Position numbers and translations under genes: made by a program | In this document: piece by piece, positions 36,050-49,742 of the stretch | Numbering within the stretch: position 1 is the first letter of the stretch | How the letters are laid out: each line of letters opens with the position of its first letter | Assembly (NCBI RefSeq): GCF_963921235.1 | Contig: NC_086107.1 | Span: 94,738,001-94,802,000 of the forward strand | DNA: 64,000 nucleotides | Direction of reading: 5' to 3' | Source: Mobula hypostoma | Lineage: Eukaryota | Notes under the pieces: model-generated | The model's database searches: none | The model's input: the letters and a program-made list of their open reading frames with translations, nothing else | What the model was told of the DNA's origin: nothing

Positions 36050-36570
36050 ATAAACACAAGAGATTCTACTGGTGCTGGAAATAGAGAGCCACACACACAA
36101 AACGCTGGAGGAACTCAGCAGGTCAGGCAACATCTATGCAGAGGAATAAACGGCTGACATTTCAGACGGAGACCCCTCACCATGACTGGAAGGGAAGGGG
36201 GAAGAAGCCAGAACCAGGTGGTGGAGAGGAGGCGAAGGTGTACAAGCTGGCAGGTAACAGGTGAGACCAGATGTGGATGAAGGTAGGTGGGTGAGGAAGC
36301 AGGGTTGAAGTTAGAAGTTGGGAGATGACTGATGGAAAAGGTAAAGGGCTGAAGAAGGAATCTGATAGGAGTGGACAGTGGACCATGGAAGAAAGGGAAG
36401 GTGGAGGGGCACCAGAGAGAGGTGATAGGCAGGTGACAAAAAGAGAGCCAGAATGGAGAATGGAAAAAAAGAGAGAAAGGGGAGACAGGAAAAAGTATCC
36501 GAAGTTCACGCCATCAGGTTGGAGGCTACCAGATGTTGCTCTTCCAGTCTGAGAGTGGCTTCATCAAAAG
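36050..36570 (-). mobile_element. Older Penelope 3' end/pLTR fragment
   Basis: Similar to the reverse complement of 3230-3708; the hammerhead core is decayed. Confidence 0.7.
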
Positions 36571-37859
36571 TCTGTAAGATGACTAAATGCCGAGAAATTT
36601 AATGACCAAAGTAATGTGAAAGAAATGCAAGACTGAAATGTAAAAGTCTAAAGACATGGCATCTGGAGTTATTGAATTCAGAGAGTGTGCAAGGTGGCCA
36701 GTTCAGAAGGTGAGGTACTGTGGCTCCTTGTATTTGCATTAAAGCTTAATTTGGACAATTCTGGTAGCAGATGATAAAGGTCACTCGTGTGCCAGATGGT
36801 GAATTAACAGTGTGATTGCAATTTGCTAAACTGAAAGTAATATCATTAAACTGCTGTCTCAAAAGGGAAGAGAATTCAGTAACAGGCCACCTTCACTGGG
36901 GAGGTGAGGAGGCAATGCTTCATAATAAATTGCGTAGAAGTGCAAAGTGTGCAAACGCAATCAGGAAATCAATTCCCAATTCTTAAAACAGAGGCATTTG
37001 AGGCATTTAGTTTAAGCTTTCTTCATTGAAGTGGTGGTGGGGAATAGGAATCAGGTTTAATATCACTGACCTGTTGTGAAATTTGATGTTTGCATCAGCT
37101 GTACAGTGCAATACAAAAATACTATAAATTACAATATATAAAAAATTAAATAAACATAAATAGAGAGCAAAACTGGTGAGGTAGTGCTCATGGGTCAGTT
37201 CATTATCTGTTAAGAAATCTAATGATAGAAGGGAAAAAAACCTGTTCCTCCCACGGGAGGGGGGGGGAGGGAGGGAGTAGCTATTCCTAAAGTGAGAATG
37301 TGAAGTGGGGAGGAGAGAGATTTAAATGAATTTTAAATCTGAAAAGAAATTATAGATAACATCTCACTTCTGTTCTCTGTTGGAGTGTAAAAGTCAGTTT
37401 TTTTAAATATCATGCCACAAACCTCAAGAGTTACTGCTCAATTATTTAAGACCTGTAGAGGTTACAGTGGCTACTTATTGGGATGAAAGGTTATGTGTGT
37501 GCAAAAATATTAAGCCAGAATGAATACATTTAACTTGTAATTTGACTTGTTACAACACAGATCATTCAGCTCTTTGGACGCATGCCAGCTCCTAACGAGC
37601 AATCCCATCAGTCCCATTCCCCCTCTCCTGGTTTCTCTGCAATCCTGCAACTTGATTCCCATCACTTCCCGTCTTATTCTTCTGTTGCTCTAGCCACCAA
37701 GGAACTTTACAGCAACCCAATAACCCACAATGCCAGAGGAAAGCACAGTACTCAGATGGCGCATGGTCACAGGGAGAATATACGAACTCCACACAGGATC
37801 AACCCTGCGTCCCTGGTGTAGAGAAGCATCGACACTAAAGGCTGTATCATGGTGCTACC

Positions 37860-38444
37860 ATCTCATAACTGCCGAATAATCACGGACACACTGCGCCCCA
37901 CACCCACTAACATCATTTACAGACTTGCAGGCATCGCTCCCCCAAGGATCCGAAGACACAGTACAACAAAAATTGAAAAAGGTAAACAGAACTTGGATCC
38001 ATGGCACCCACTACACCATCATGTGCCAGTTTCCAACCGCCTAAAATTGAGGAAAAGCTTTGCTACAGTTGAGGAACTACCGCACGGAACATCCCCCCCA
38101 AACATACAGGATTGACCTCTGGCAACAAACAGAAGCCAGAACCCCACCAAACAATACAGAGCAAGACCCCACAGAAATGTTGCCAGACGGGGCACTGCCT
38201 GACAGACGGAAGTGGTGCACTCTCAATAGAGCGAGAGCGGGAGTTTGTAGGACGGGAGACAATATGGTGAAGTGGGGTTTAAAGACCAGCGAATCCTCCG
38301 AGTGTAGCGAAAGGGTGCAGAACATTGAACACGTTCTGTGCAACTGCCCACTCTCACCTGATTTAGCTGACGCTGACCTGCTCAACATCAATCAAACAAC
38401 ACTAGAGTGGCTGGCTGTCTGGTGGGACAAGCTATGATGATGAC
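37860..38444 (+). mobile_element. Non-LTR retrotransposon 3' fragment (Vingi/Ingi-like)
   Basis: RIIT.TLRPTP...LAGIAPP.IRR..HPLH..RLK.RKSF and W.TLNR.R.G..R..DNMVKWG..C...Q..EHVL.NCP, with a (TGA)n tail. Confidence 0.65.
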
Positions 38445-38544
38445 TGCCTTTTCCAAAAGCTGCCTTCTGAAAAGTGCAATAGGACTAATGAAAACCAATT
38501 TACCCCGGGATCAATAAAGTATGACTATGACTATGACCATGACT

Positions 38545-38580
38545 AGTCCTGAAGAAGGGTTTCCGCCCGAAACGTCGACT
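38545..38580 (+). ncRNA. Minimal type-I hammerhead ribozyme motif (intact core) in a pLTR unit at ~38545-38680
   Basis: AGTC-CTGAAGA-A-GGG(TTTCCG)CCC-GAAA-CG-TC^GACT. Confidence 0.75.
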
Positions 38581-39889
38581 TTCCACATTCATTTCCATAG
38601 ATGCTTCCTGACCTGCTGAATTCCTCAGCATTTTGCGTGTGTTGCTTTGGATTTCCAGCATCTGCAGACTTTTTGTGTTTATTAAAACAAAAGTTGTTTT
38701 TTTTTTAATTTTACTTATGTAGAGACACAGCACAGAACAGGCCCTTCTGGCCCAATGAGCTGCACTCACCTCATTAACTCGGGTCAAGTTACAATAGCCA
38801 AATAACCTACGAACCAGTCCGTCCTTGGAAACCCGAGCACCCGGAGGAAGCCCACACAATCACAAAGAGAACATACCAGCTCCTTACAGATGGTGCTGTA
38901 ACTGAAAGTGTAATAGCATCACACCACCGCTACACTACCGTGATACCTTTCTCGCCATCTTAAAGATTTCTTCCCTCCGGCAGTTCATCTGAGTAACCAT
39001 TCTAGTCAGCCCTCCACCCCCAACTATTACCCCCATCACTGCAATGTAAACACCTTAAACCACTTTTTATAAAGCTGCTTACATTGTAAATACGTGCTGG
39101 TATTTATGTATTTATGCACATTTTATTCCATATCTGTACTCTAACGACCAACTTTGTTTTTGATATTATCTTTTATAATTGTAGAATGTTGATTTTTTGT
39201 TTCATTCTGTGACCAATACACACAACAAATTCCTAATAACATAAATGTATGTATATGGCAAATAAAGTTGATCGCTGATAATGTGAGTCTCAAGAACTGA
39301 CAGGAGTGTGGTTAATAATCAGAGCAGATAAGTTTAAGGTATCTGCATAGAAATAGACTTTTGTAGATAATGACTGGAGTCTGCTTGAGAAATATCTAAA
39401 GCATGGATAAGACACTCCTTACCAGAAATGGTAAAAGCAGGTTTACCTTCCAAAAGGGAATTGGAATGTTTTGAATAATTAAACAGTTTCAAAATACAAA
39501 GCAAATTTATTATCAAACTACATATATGCCACCATATACTAACCTGAGATTCATTTTCTTGCGAACATTCACAGAAAATACAAAGAAACATAGCAGAATC
39601 AATGGAAAAGTGTACACAAAGATGGACAACCAGCATGCAAAAGCAAACTGTACAAATACAAGCATTAATAAGAACAAAATAACAATAATAAATATTGAGA
39701 ACATGTGATAGGTCCTGATGAAGATTCTCAGCCCAAACTATTGACTATTTGTTCACTCCTGTAGATGCTGCCTGAGCTGCTGAGTTCCTGCAGCATTTTG
39801 CATGTCTTGCTTTGGATTTCCAGCATCTGCAGAATTTCTTGTGTGTTTAAGTGGTGCAGACCTTGAAAGTGAGTCCATAGGTTGCGGAA

Positions 39890-41445
39890 TTAGTTCAGAG
39901 TTGAGGTAAGTGAAGTTATCCACTCAGGTTCAGGACCCTGAAAGGTTGAAGGGTAATAACTGTTCCTGAACCTGGTGGTGAGGAGCCCAAGGATGCTGTA
40001 CTTCCTTCCTGATGGCAGCAGTGAGAAGAGAACTTGGCCTGGATGGCGGGGGTCCTTGATGATGGATGCTGCTTTCCCGCGACAGCACTTCTTGTAGATG
40101 TGCTGCATAGTGGGGAGAGCTTTACCTGTGATGGACTGTACCATATCCATGACTTTTTGTAGGATTTTCTGTTTGAGGGTATTGGTGTGTCCATACCAGG
40201 CCAAGATACAACCAGTTATTATACCCTCCACCATGCATCTATAGAAGTTTGTCAAAATTTTAGATGACATGCTGAATTTTTGAAAACTTTCTAAGAAAGT
40301 AGAGGTGCTGCCATGCCTTCTTTGTGATGCCACTTACCCAGGACAAATCCTCTTAAATTCTAACAGTGAGGGGTTTAAAGTTGCTGGCACTCTCCACCTC
40401 TGATCCCCTGATGATGACTCGCTCATGGACCTCCAGTTTCCTCCTTCTGTAATCAACAATCAGCTCTTTGGTTTTGCTGAAATTGAGTGAGAGGTTGTTG
40501 CTGTGGCACCATTCAGCCAGATCTTCAAATTTTCCCTCTATATGTTGATACATCACCACCACTGATCAGTCCAACAATGGCGGCATCGTCAGCAAACTTA
40601 AAAATGGCACTGGAGCTGTGTTTAGCCTCACAGTCATAAGTATAAAGTGAGTAGGGTAGGGGGCTAAGAACACAGCCTTGCGTAGGAAATGTTGCTGCCA
40701 ATCTGAACTGACCGGAGTCTGCAAGTGAGGAAATGAGGAGGTATTGAGGCCAAAGTCTCGGAGCTTATTGATCAGTTCTGAGGGGATGATATTGAATGCA
40801 GAGCTGAAGTTGATGAAGAGCATCCGGATGCATGCAGCTTCGCTGTCCTGATGTACCAGCGTTGAGTGAAGAGCCAATGAAATGGCATCTGCTGTCGACC
40901 TGTTGTGGCGGCAGGCAAACTGGAACAGGAGCAGATCCAAGTCGCTCCTCAGGCAGGAGCTGATGTTTCATCACCTGTTGCATTTAATATTTCAGTAACA
41001 TTTGAGTAATATTGTAAATATATTGTTTAACCATTCTTTGTTTACATAATGCATTATGGGTTAAATGTAGAAGAACATCAATGGCATACGTCATTACGCC
41101 GCCATGTGATACATGCATGTCTCACTTAAAGCAAAAACCAAGTCAGTCTCACATTTCAGACTTTTCTTTTTCAATAGCATAATGTTTTGGAGTTACAAAG
41201 TATAACATCACCAACCTCTCAAAACACTTCAGAGTGGATGCAAGTGGTACTGGATGACAGTCATCGAGCCAGGTTGCCACGTGGTTCTTGGGTGAAACGG
41301 TTTGATTGAAGCCTGCCTGAAGCCGGTGGGTACCTCAGACTGCCAAAACGAGAGGTTAAAGCCATCAGTAAACAGTCCAGCCAGTTGACCCACACAAGTT
41401 TTCAGTACTTGGCCAGGTACTCCATCTGGGACGGATGCCTTCCAT
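39890..41445 (-). mobile_element. Rex1/Babar-like LINE RT/3' region, decayed
   Basis: QFA.R.NRSTADAI..RMLFINFSSAFN, WC.SNNLSLN.SKTKELIVDYR, NFYRC.VE.I.TGCI.AWYG. Confidence 0.8.
40976..41207. mobile_element. Short solo LTR-like insertion
   Basis: TGTT...AACA termini with a 5-bp TSD TCACC (40971-40975 / 41208-41212), interrupting the LINE. Confidence 0.7.
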
Positions 41446-41659
41446 GTTGGGGAAATGAGGGGAAACAGTTCAATGATAGAAACTGGGCAGCTCTTTCAAA
41501 AGGACCACTACATTCGGGAAGGGCCGAATAGTCTCATTTAGAGCAAACAACAGTACAGGTGCAGGCCCTACAGCCCATGTAGCATTGAAATAATTAGACC
41601 AGAAATGAAGCAATTAATTAAACTGATCCCTTCTACCTTTCCAAAGCCCATACCCCTAC

Positions 41660-42180
41660 ATGCTCTGCACATTCATGTTTGCTGTTGTGTGCTGGGGCAG
41701 CAGGCTGAGGGTAGCAGACACCAACAGAATCAACAAACTCATTGGTAAGGCCAGTGATGTCTCACGGTGGTCTGAAAAAAGGATGCTGTCCAAGTTGCAT
41801 GCCATCTTGGTCAATGTCTCCCATCCACTACATAATGTACTGGGTGGGCACAGGAGTACATTCAGCCAGAGACTCATTCCACCGAGATGCAACACAGAGC
41901 GTCATAGGAAGTCATTCCTGCCTGTGGCCATCAAACTTTACAACTCCTCCCTTGGAGGGTCAGACATCCTGAGCCGATTGGCTGGTCCTGGACTTATTTC
42001 ATAATTTACTGGCATATTACTATTTCACTATTTACTACTATTTTCTACTGCTATTCTATTACTATTTATTATTTCTATGACTATTACTATTTACTAATAG
42101 TAATATTACTATTACTATTTATTATTTATGGCGCAACTGTAACAAAAACCAATTTCCCCCGGGATCAATAAAGTACGACC
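41660..42180 (+). mobile_element. Rex1/Babar-like LINE 3' end with AT-rich tail
   Basis: FAVVCWGS..NRINKLI.KAS..SHPLH..FSQRLIPPRC.TERHRKSFLPVAIKLYN. Confidence 0.75.
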
Positions 42181-43689
42181 ATAACATTCATGTGTCTAAG
42201 AGCCTCTTAATCTCTTCTATTGTATTCCCTCCACTGGCAGCGCATTTAGACACCCACCATTTTGTGTAAAAAAAAACATTGCCCCGTCACCTTCAAATGC
42301 TTGCCTTCCAGTGTTGGGGACTGATATGATATTCTATGGTGCATTCTCTGATGCACTCTCCTGCATCTATTTTGTCCGCTTCACAGATTACCATTATCAG
42401 TGATAGGGTGACAGGTTCTCGATAAGTAATGGTGTCAAAGGTGAGAGGGAGAAGGCAAGAAAATGGGGTTGAGAGGGAAAGAAGATCAGCCATGATTGAA
42501 TGGCAGGGCAGATTAGATGGGCCGAATGCCTAATTCTGCTCCTATTCCTTCCTGTTATTCGCTGATTCCTTCACAGAAAAAAAGGGGAATGCAGGAACTC
42601 GGCAGAATTGGGATTGTCTATGGAAACAAATGGGACAGTGTATGCTTTGGGATGACACCCTTCATCTGGTCCACATGAAAGATATTAATCTGAAAAGTTA
42701 TGAGTTCATTGCCTTCCACATAAACTGCCTAACCTGCTGAGTTCCTTCAGCATTTTGTATATTGCTCCAGATTCCAGCATCTGCAGTCACTTGTGCCTCC
42801 ATTGTAGTCAGGTCCCTGATGACCCATTCAAAACATAACATTAAAGGATGTAGTCACTTCCCATTCTTCAAAATATTTAGCCAGGGTATTCTGCATCCAC
42901 CCGCGGGACAGTGTCTGAGAACCCAGCACCGATGAGATATGACTGCACAAGCAGGGCAGTGAGTGGGATTGGAACCCTCCCAATACACCTGGCTTCCCTA
43001 CCCCATCACCTACAAACTGCGAGAGGAACTCAGCCAATCGTGCAGCACCAATGGAGAGGAGTCGACCTGCCGACCTTTTCCCCCCCAGGGCTGAAATAGC
43101 TGCCACAAGAGGGCAAAGGTTTAATATGCTAGGGAGTAGGTACAGAGATGTCAAGGGTTAAGTTTTTTTTACTCAAGAGTGGTGAGTGCGTGGAATGGGC
43201 TGCCAGCAACGGTGGTGGAGGCGGATACGATAGGGTCTTTTAACAGACTTTTAGACAGGTACATGGAGTTTAGTAAAATAGAGGGCTATAGGTAAGCCTA
43301 GTAATTTCTAAGGTGAGGACATGTTCGGCACAACCGTGGGCCGAAGGGCCTGTATTGTGCTGTAGGGTTTCTACGTTTCCACTTCCTGCAGCAATTACTT
43401 CTCAGAACTTCCAGCATCTGCAGAATCTCTTTCGCCTCTTTGTAGCGCCCATCTTCCGTCCACATCCAGAGGCAGCGAAGGGGGACCCGAAACGCCAGCT
43501 GTCCACCGATGCTGAGATCCTCCAGCAGTGTACGTGCTGCTTGTCAGAGTGAGACACACAAACGGTGCAGGAACTCAGCGGGTCAGGCAGCATCTATGGA
43601 GAGGAATGCAGCCGACGTTTCGGGCCGAGACCCCTCACCCGGACTCGCCTCTCCAGAATCTCTTGTGTTTTTCGCCAGACAGGGACTGG

Positions 43690-44260
43690 CTCCAGGACCC
43701 CGGATCCCGGATCCCATGCACGTCGCAGGGTCAACACACAGCGGCCACCTAGCCCGAGGCGCGTGTAAACCCACCGGACGTCACCACGCCCCGCTCAATA
43801 TTACCCAGTTGGATGCCACCCCCAACGCCTCACCGACCCCCGGGTGACCGCAGCAAAAATCTGCCTACCTGCTGCCTCCTCGGAGGCTTTTTATCAGCCT
43901 ACGCCGCCAGGCCCACCTTCTCCGTCAGCCCACGTGATCAGGGATACGTCGCGATTGTGGCCACGTGACGCCCGTGGCTCCGCCCACTACCTTCCGAGAC
44001 GGACGCACTTGACGTCCTCCAGGTGGCGTCACGCGTTGTCACTCCGCCCCTTGTCTTCACGTGACTGGGGCCTATTCACAACACCTGCTCTAATCCGTCC
44101 TATGACAAGCGGCGATAAACCCCCTCCTGCTCCGGGTACAGCTTCTGAGGACACCTCACGTGGTGTCCTTGTGTTCACGTGACGCAATCCAGCCCTCCGC
44201 GCCGCAACGCGGAATCACGTGACCCCTGACAATGAGACAGAGCGCTTTCCAGTGATGTCA
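43690..44260 (-). promoter_or_regulatory. MED25: CpG island / probable MED25 promoter with a non-coding first exon (donor AG|GTAGGC at 43869/43868)
   Basis: Sharp local CpG enrichment in an otherwise CpG-poor window, GC boxes (CTCCGCCC at ~43978 and ~44042), six CACGTG sites, and position 5' of the first coding exon. Confidence 0.7.
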
Positions 44261-47200
44261 CAATCACGAGCCTTTCCTCTCCCATTGAACGAAAGGTTGC
44301 AGAATCAGGTTTATTATCACCGGCATGTGCCGTGAAATTTGTTAACTTAGCAGCAGCAGTTCAATGCAATACATAAACTAGCAGAGAGAGAGAAAAAATA
44401 AAACATAATAATAAATAAACAAGTAAATCAATTACGTATATTGAATAGATTATTAAAAATGTGCAAAAACAGAAATACTGTATATTAAAAAAGTGAGGTA
44501 GTGTCCATTCAGGAATCGGATGGCAGAGGGGAAGAAGCTGTTCCTGTATCGATGAGTGTGTGCCTTCAGGCTTCTGTATCTCCTACCTGGTGGTAACAGT
44601 GAGAAAAGGGCATGCCCTGGGTGCTGGAGGTTTTTAATAATTTCAGCACTGGATTTTAAAAAATACAGGAAATCTCAAATAATAGAACACTACTGTGAGC
44701 ACTCAGTTGGGCAGGCAAAGAGAAAAAAAAAGTTAATATTTTAAGTTCAAATTATTAAATGCTACTTTTTCCTGCTTTTCTTTTTCTCAGTTCCGAGATA
44801 GGGTCTTCGATCCGAAAGTTCACCCCTATTTATATTTCCGCAGAAGCCGCTGAGTGTTTCTGGTATTTCGTTTTTATTTCAGAATCTCTAACATCTGTGG
44901 TTTTGGTCTTATTTGGGGAAGAATGTTCTTGCCATAGAGAGCGAAATGTAAGTTTACTGGTCTAATTCCTAGGACTGATTCACGAAGAGCTGGTGGAGAG
45001 ATCGGGCCTACATTCACCACTGGAATATGAGGGGACGGCTCTGGAATTAATGTGGATGGTTTAGCTGTATCATGCACACAGGTTCAATTCTGATCTTGGA
45101 TGCACTCTGCTCTCCTCTAACATCCCAGATAGCTCCTGCTTGTTGGGTGAATTAGCGAAAATAAATCACTATTTACGACTATAAAAGGGGGAGGTGATGG
45201 GGTTTAATAAGAAATAATCGTGAGAGTTGGACATAAGGTATTTATCTAAGCGGCTTAGTGGACCACTTAGTCTCCTTCCAAGGCACAAGGGAAGAAGCGC
45301 TCTCACGGAGGACAGTGGCAGGCTGGATGAAGGGAGGAAATTCCTGGTGGGTGGGGTGGACAGCGTCAGGTACATGTCCATTCTGGGGTAGCTCACTCAC
45401 CTTTGGTCCCCACTGGACACTCCACTCTCACCTATAGCCTTCAGTAGCTGTTTGAATGTGACTGCGGCCACACTCCGATACACCACATTGACCAGCGGGC
45501 TGCACCAGCTGAGGGCAGACAGCCTGTCCGGGCTTGCAAAGTTCGCTCCGGTGGAATGAGCAGATGAGATCCAATGGCCGGGTAAGCAGTTCTGCAATGC
45601 TCCGTGGAGAGCGAAGGGCATGACAAGGCACTGAAGACGTCGTGGGTCATCCATTGCAACCCAGGAAGATCCCAGACTGTGACACTTGTTCGTACCGCTG
45701 AACCTGAGGTCGAGAGCGCGGAACTACCCCAGTGCCTTTCCACTTTCAAAAACTCTCCCGCACAGGTCAGCTAGGCCTTTTCAGGGGTTGGGCCGGCAAT
45801 CTAAAGGACAGTCCAGGAGGGGATGTTGTCCATGCAGCTATTTGAACAGAGACCACTGAAAACCCTCCTGTAGATCGATCAGAAGGGCTGAGAATCTTCT
45901 CTCATGTCATGGAGTATGAACTGTTGTCTGTGATCTCAAAATAAAGTTATCTTGCTGTGACTCTGTCCAGCCACTGCTGATGGTTTAGTTATCAGAGACT
46001 GAAAGGAGTGAAGAGGACTTTTCATTGCCACTTCTGCACAGTTTTGTAGATAGGCAATTAGGGACGTCAGATAGTGTAGATGTACTGCTGGTACACTTCG
46101 GTTAGTAATTGGGGAAGGGATCCGAAGTGAAGGACATTTTTGCTGCCCTACTTAATCAGATCTTCCTTAAAATTTAGCCTTCCCGGGACAGATTTATGTC
46201 CAGGGGCCAAGACGGAGGAATTATGAAAATACAGCAAACATTAATTCAAACAAAAATCAGGCTTCAGTTCTTATTGTAAATGTAAGTAAGTTCCAGAAGC
46301 TTGCAATTAGCCTTCAGTTTTTTTTTTGTAAAAAGTTCCACAGACTGAGAGACTGCATATACAAGAGCCAAACATTAAAAAATAGAACTCTGTGAATGGG
46401 TTTGCATCAAACCAGGCAACATGGCGAAGTTATTTACACCATTGTGACTTAAGTACAAGTTGGCAGACCAGACAGATGATATCACTTAGCATATCAAACA
46501 TGGGTCACAGGTATAGGCAATAAATACATTTTTGTGTACTCAGAGACAACCCTGACAACATTAATTTCGGGTTCTCGGTCACCAAAAGGATTTGGAGTAT
46601 TTGCGTTAATTAGTTTCTCCCAAAACTTTCAGAGGTGTCTTATCACTTACAATGTGCTACCCAAAGGAACCATTTGTCAACCCAAAGTATTGAAGTAAAC
46701 AATGTCATTGTAACTATTGAAATTGTATTGCATCAGCTACTGTTGCCTTTGATCTTTCGGGTATAAAAATGTGATGTGCCTTTGGGTTTGTGAGCCTCTG
46801 TTGAGAAGGTCTCTAGGATGACGGCTGCTCGTGTTGAATAAAGATTTCTACATCACCAGCTTCAGTGTCTCTCAGGTGACTTCGATCACATCACAACAAT
46901 CTATTTTTTTATTTGCACAGTTTGTTGTCTTTTGCGGAAAGGTAGTCCGTCTGTCCTGTTGGGGGCGGTCTTTCATTGATTCTATTGTGTTTCCTACATT
47001 TACTCTAAGCGTCTGCAAGAAAATGAACCTCAGGGTTGGCGATGGTGACAAATAAGTACCTTGATAATAAATTTACTATGAACTTTGACTCTTATTTTTC
47101 TGATTCTAAAACATCATCTCTGATGGAGACCAGAGTGCATCATCATTCAAAATGTTTGCATCAGTTACCGTCACTTTCAGGATCCACAGAGATCATACGG

Positions 47201-49047
47201 TTCATTCAAAGGGTTCATTTTATTATCAAAGTATGTCCACAGAATACAACTCTTGGGATTCGTCTTCTCCAGATAACCATAAAATACAGAAAAGCCATGG
47301 AAGTCCTTGAGGCCCCCTTCTCGCACAAAAAAAAACAAAACTTGCAAACTACAAATGCCCCCAATCTCTCCCTCGCACAAAAACTAACAGATCTCCCTTC
47401 TGGACATGGCAGCTAGAACATCAAACCCCCAAAACATCTACCATAAACGCTGCCTGGGCAGGGCGAAAAACATTATCAAGGATGCATCTCACCCGAACCA
47501 TGGACTTTTTACTCTCCTCCCATCCGGTATGCGCTGCAGGAGCCTCCGCTCCTGCACCAGCAGGCACAGGAAGAGCTTCTTCCCTGAGGCTGTGACCCTG
47601 CTGAACCTCACATCACAGTGCTAAGCAGTATTGCACCCATATTGTACTGTCTCAGCACTTTTATATTTGTGTGCTGTAGCACTTTTTTTATTTGCAGTTA
47701 TTTTGTAAATAACACTATTCTTTGCATTTCTGGTCAGATGCTAACTGCATTTCCTCGGCTTTGTATCTGTACTCGGCACGACAATAAATTTGAATCTAAA
47801 CTAACCCCCCCCCCAAAAAAAGTAAATTTATTATCAAATTACATATGTGTCACCGTATACTCCCCGAGATTTATTTTCTTGCAGGCATACTCAATAAATC
47901 CAATAGAATCAGTAAAGACCGCACCAACAGGGTGGACAACCTGTTTGCAAAAGGCAGCAAACTACAAATACAAATAGAATGAAGAAAAAACAAATAATAA
48001 TAAATAAGCAATACATTTCAAGAACATGAGATGAAGAGTCCTTGAGAGTGAGTCCATGGGTTCAGAGAACAGTTCAGTGATGGGGCGAGTGAAGTTTTCC
48101 CCTGTGGATCAGGTGCCTGGTGGTTGAGGGGTTCTGAGGCTCCTGTACCTTCTTCCTAAGGCGGCAGCAAGGAGAGAGCATGTGCTGGGTGGGTCAGGGT
48201 CCCTGATGATGGATAGGACGACGCTCCACGTAGCCGTGTTCAATAGTGGGGAGGGCTTTACCTTTGTGGACTAGGCCGTATTGTAGGATTTTCCTGTCGA
48301 GGGCGTTGGTGTTTCCATACCAGGGTGTGATGCAGCCAGTCAATATACTCTGCACCACACATCTATAGAAGTTTGTCAAAAGTTTTAGGAGTCATGTCAA
48401 ATCTTTGCACACTCCTAATTAGACATGGTGCCGTGCTTTCTTCATAACAGAGCCTACGTGCTGGGCTCAGGACTGGTCTCCTGGACCTAAATCATTTCCC
48501 CAAAACAGTCTGAGACAAGAGGAGAAATTCCTTCACATAGAAAATAGGAAACCTCTGCGTGCGGCTCCAGGTTTCCAACGTATGCACAATCTCGCATGTA
48601 TAACCACTGTCTACTCTCAGTCATCTTGGTCCTTTTGCCTTTTGAGTGTCACACTCAGATTCAAGTTTATTTATCATGTGTATATCGGAACGTAGGGTGT
48701 CGTTTCCGCACACGGGTTCTGCACAACCAAGAGATGCGCTGGGGGGGGGGGGGGGGGGGGCAGCCCGCAAGCGGCGCCGACGCCACAAGCCCACAGCGCT
48801 CGGCAGAACAACACAGAACACAGCAACGCAGCCAAACAAGCCGATCTACTCCCTGCCACCCACGCACAGACCCCAGAAGAAGCCTCCAGCGGACTTCAAC
48901 CTACAGACGTTGGGGTTTGACCTCCCCAGCGACGTCCCATTTGACCCTCCTTCAAAATACAGCCACAATATTCTCAAGGCAACTGCAGTGGGGATTTCCT
49001 GAGGCTGTACAGGTTCCACACGAGGTAGCACTGTAGCTACCCGAGGA

Positions 49048-49742
49048 CTATGGCAGTCACTGAAAGTAAGCGTGCAGGTACAGCAGGCAGTGAAGAAAGC
49101 TAATGGCATGCTGGCCTTCATAACGGGGAATTGAGTATAGGAGCAGAGAGGTCCTTCTGCAGCTGTACAGGGCCCTGGTGAGACAACACCTGGAACATTG
49201 TGTACAGTTTTGGTCTCCAAATTTGAGGAAGGACATTCTCGCTATTGAGGGAGTGCAGCGTAGGTTCATGAGGTTAATTCCCGGGATGGCGGGACTGTCA
49301 TATGTTGAAAGATTGGAGCGACTGGGCTTGTATACACTGGAATTTAGAAGGATGAGAGGGGATCTGATTGAAACATATAAGATTATTAAGGGATTGGACA
49401 CGCTAGAGGCAGGAAACATGTTCCCAATGTTGGGGGAGTCCAGAACCAGAGGCCACAGTTTAAGAATAAGGGGTAGACAATTTAGAACAGAGTTGAGGAA
49501 AAACTTTTTCACACAGAGGGTTGTGGTTCTGTGGAATGCTCTGCCTCAGAAGGCAGTGGAGGCCAATTCTCTGGATTATTTCAAAAAAGAGTTAGATAGC
49601 GCTCTTAAAGATAGCGGAGTGAAGGGATACGGGGAGAAGGCAGGAAAAGGGTACTGATTGTGGATGATCAGCCATGATCACAGTGAATGGTGGTGCTGTC
49701 TCGAAGGGCTGAATGGCCTACTCCTGCGCCTATTCTCTATTG
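49048..49742 (+). mobile_element. Young CR1 LINE 3' fragment
   Basis: Open frame LEHCVQFWSP.LRKDILAIEGVQRRF...RMRGDLIETYKIIKG...TRGHSLRI...FFTQRVV.LWNALP, followed by a 3' UTR and CTATT tail. Confidence 0.9.

Noticed and set aside
46500..46898. LTR with TATAAAA (~46762), AATAAA (~46837) and ...ACAACA end
   Set aside because: Suggestive, but no matching 5' terminus or TSD could be found.
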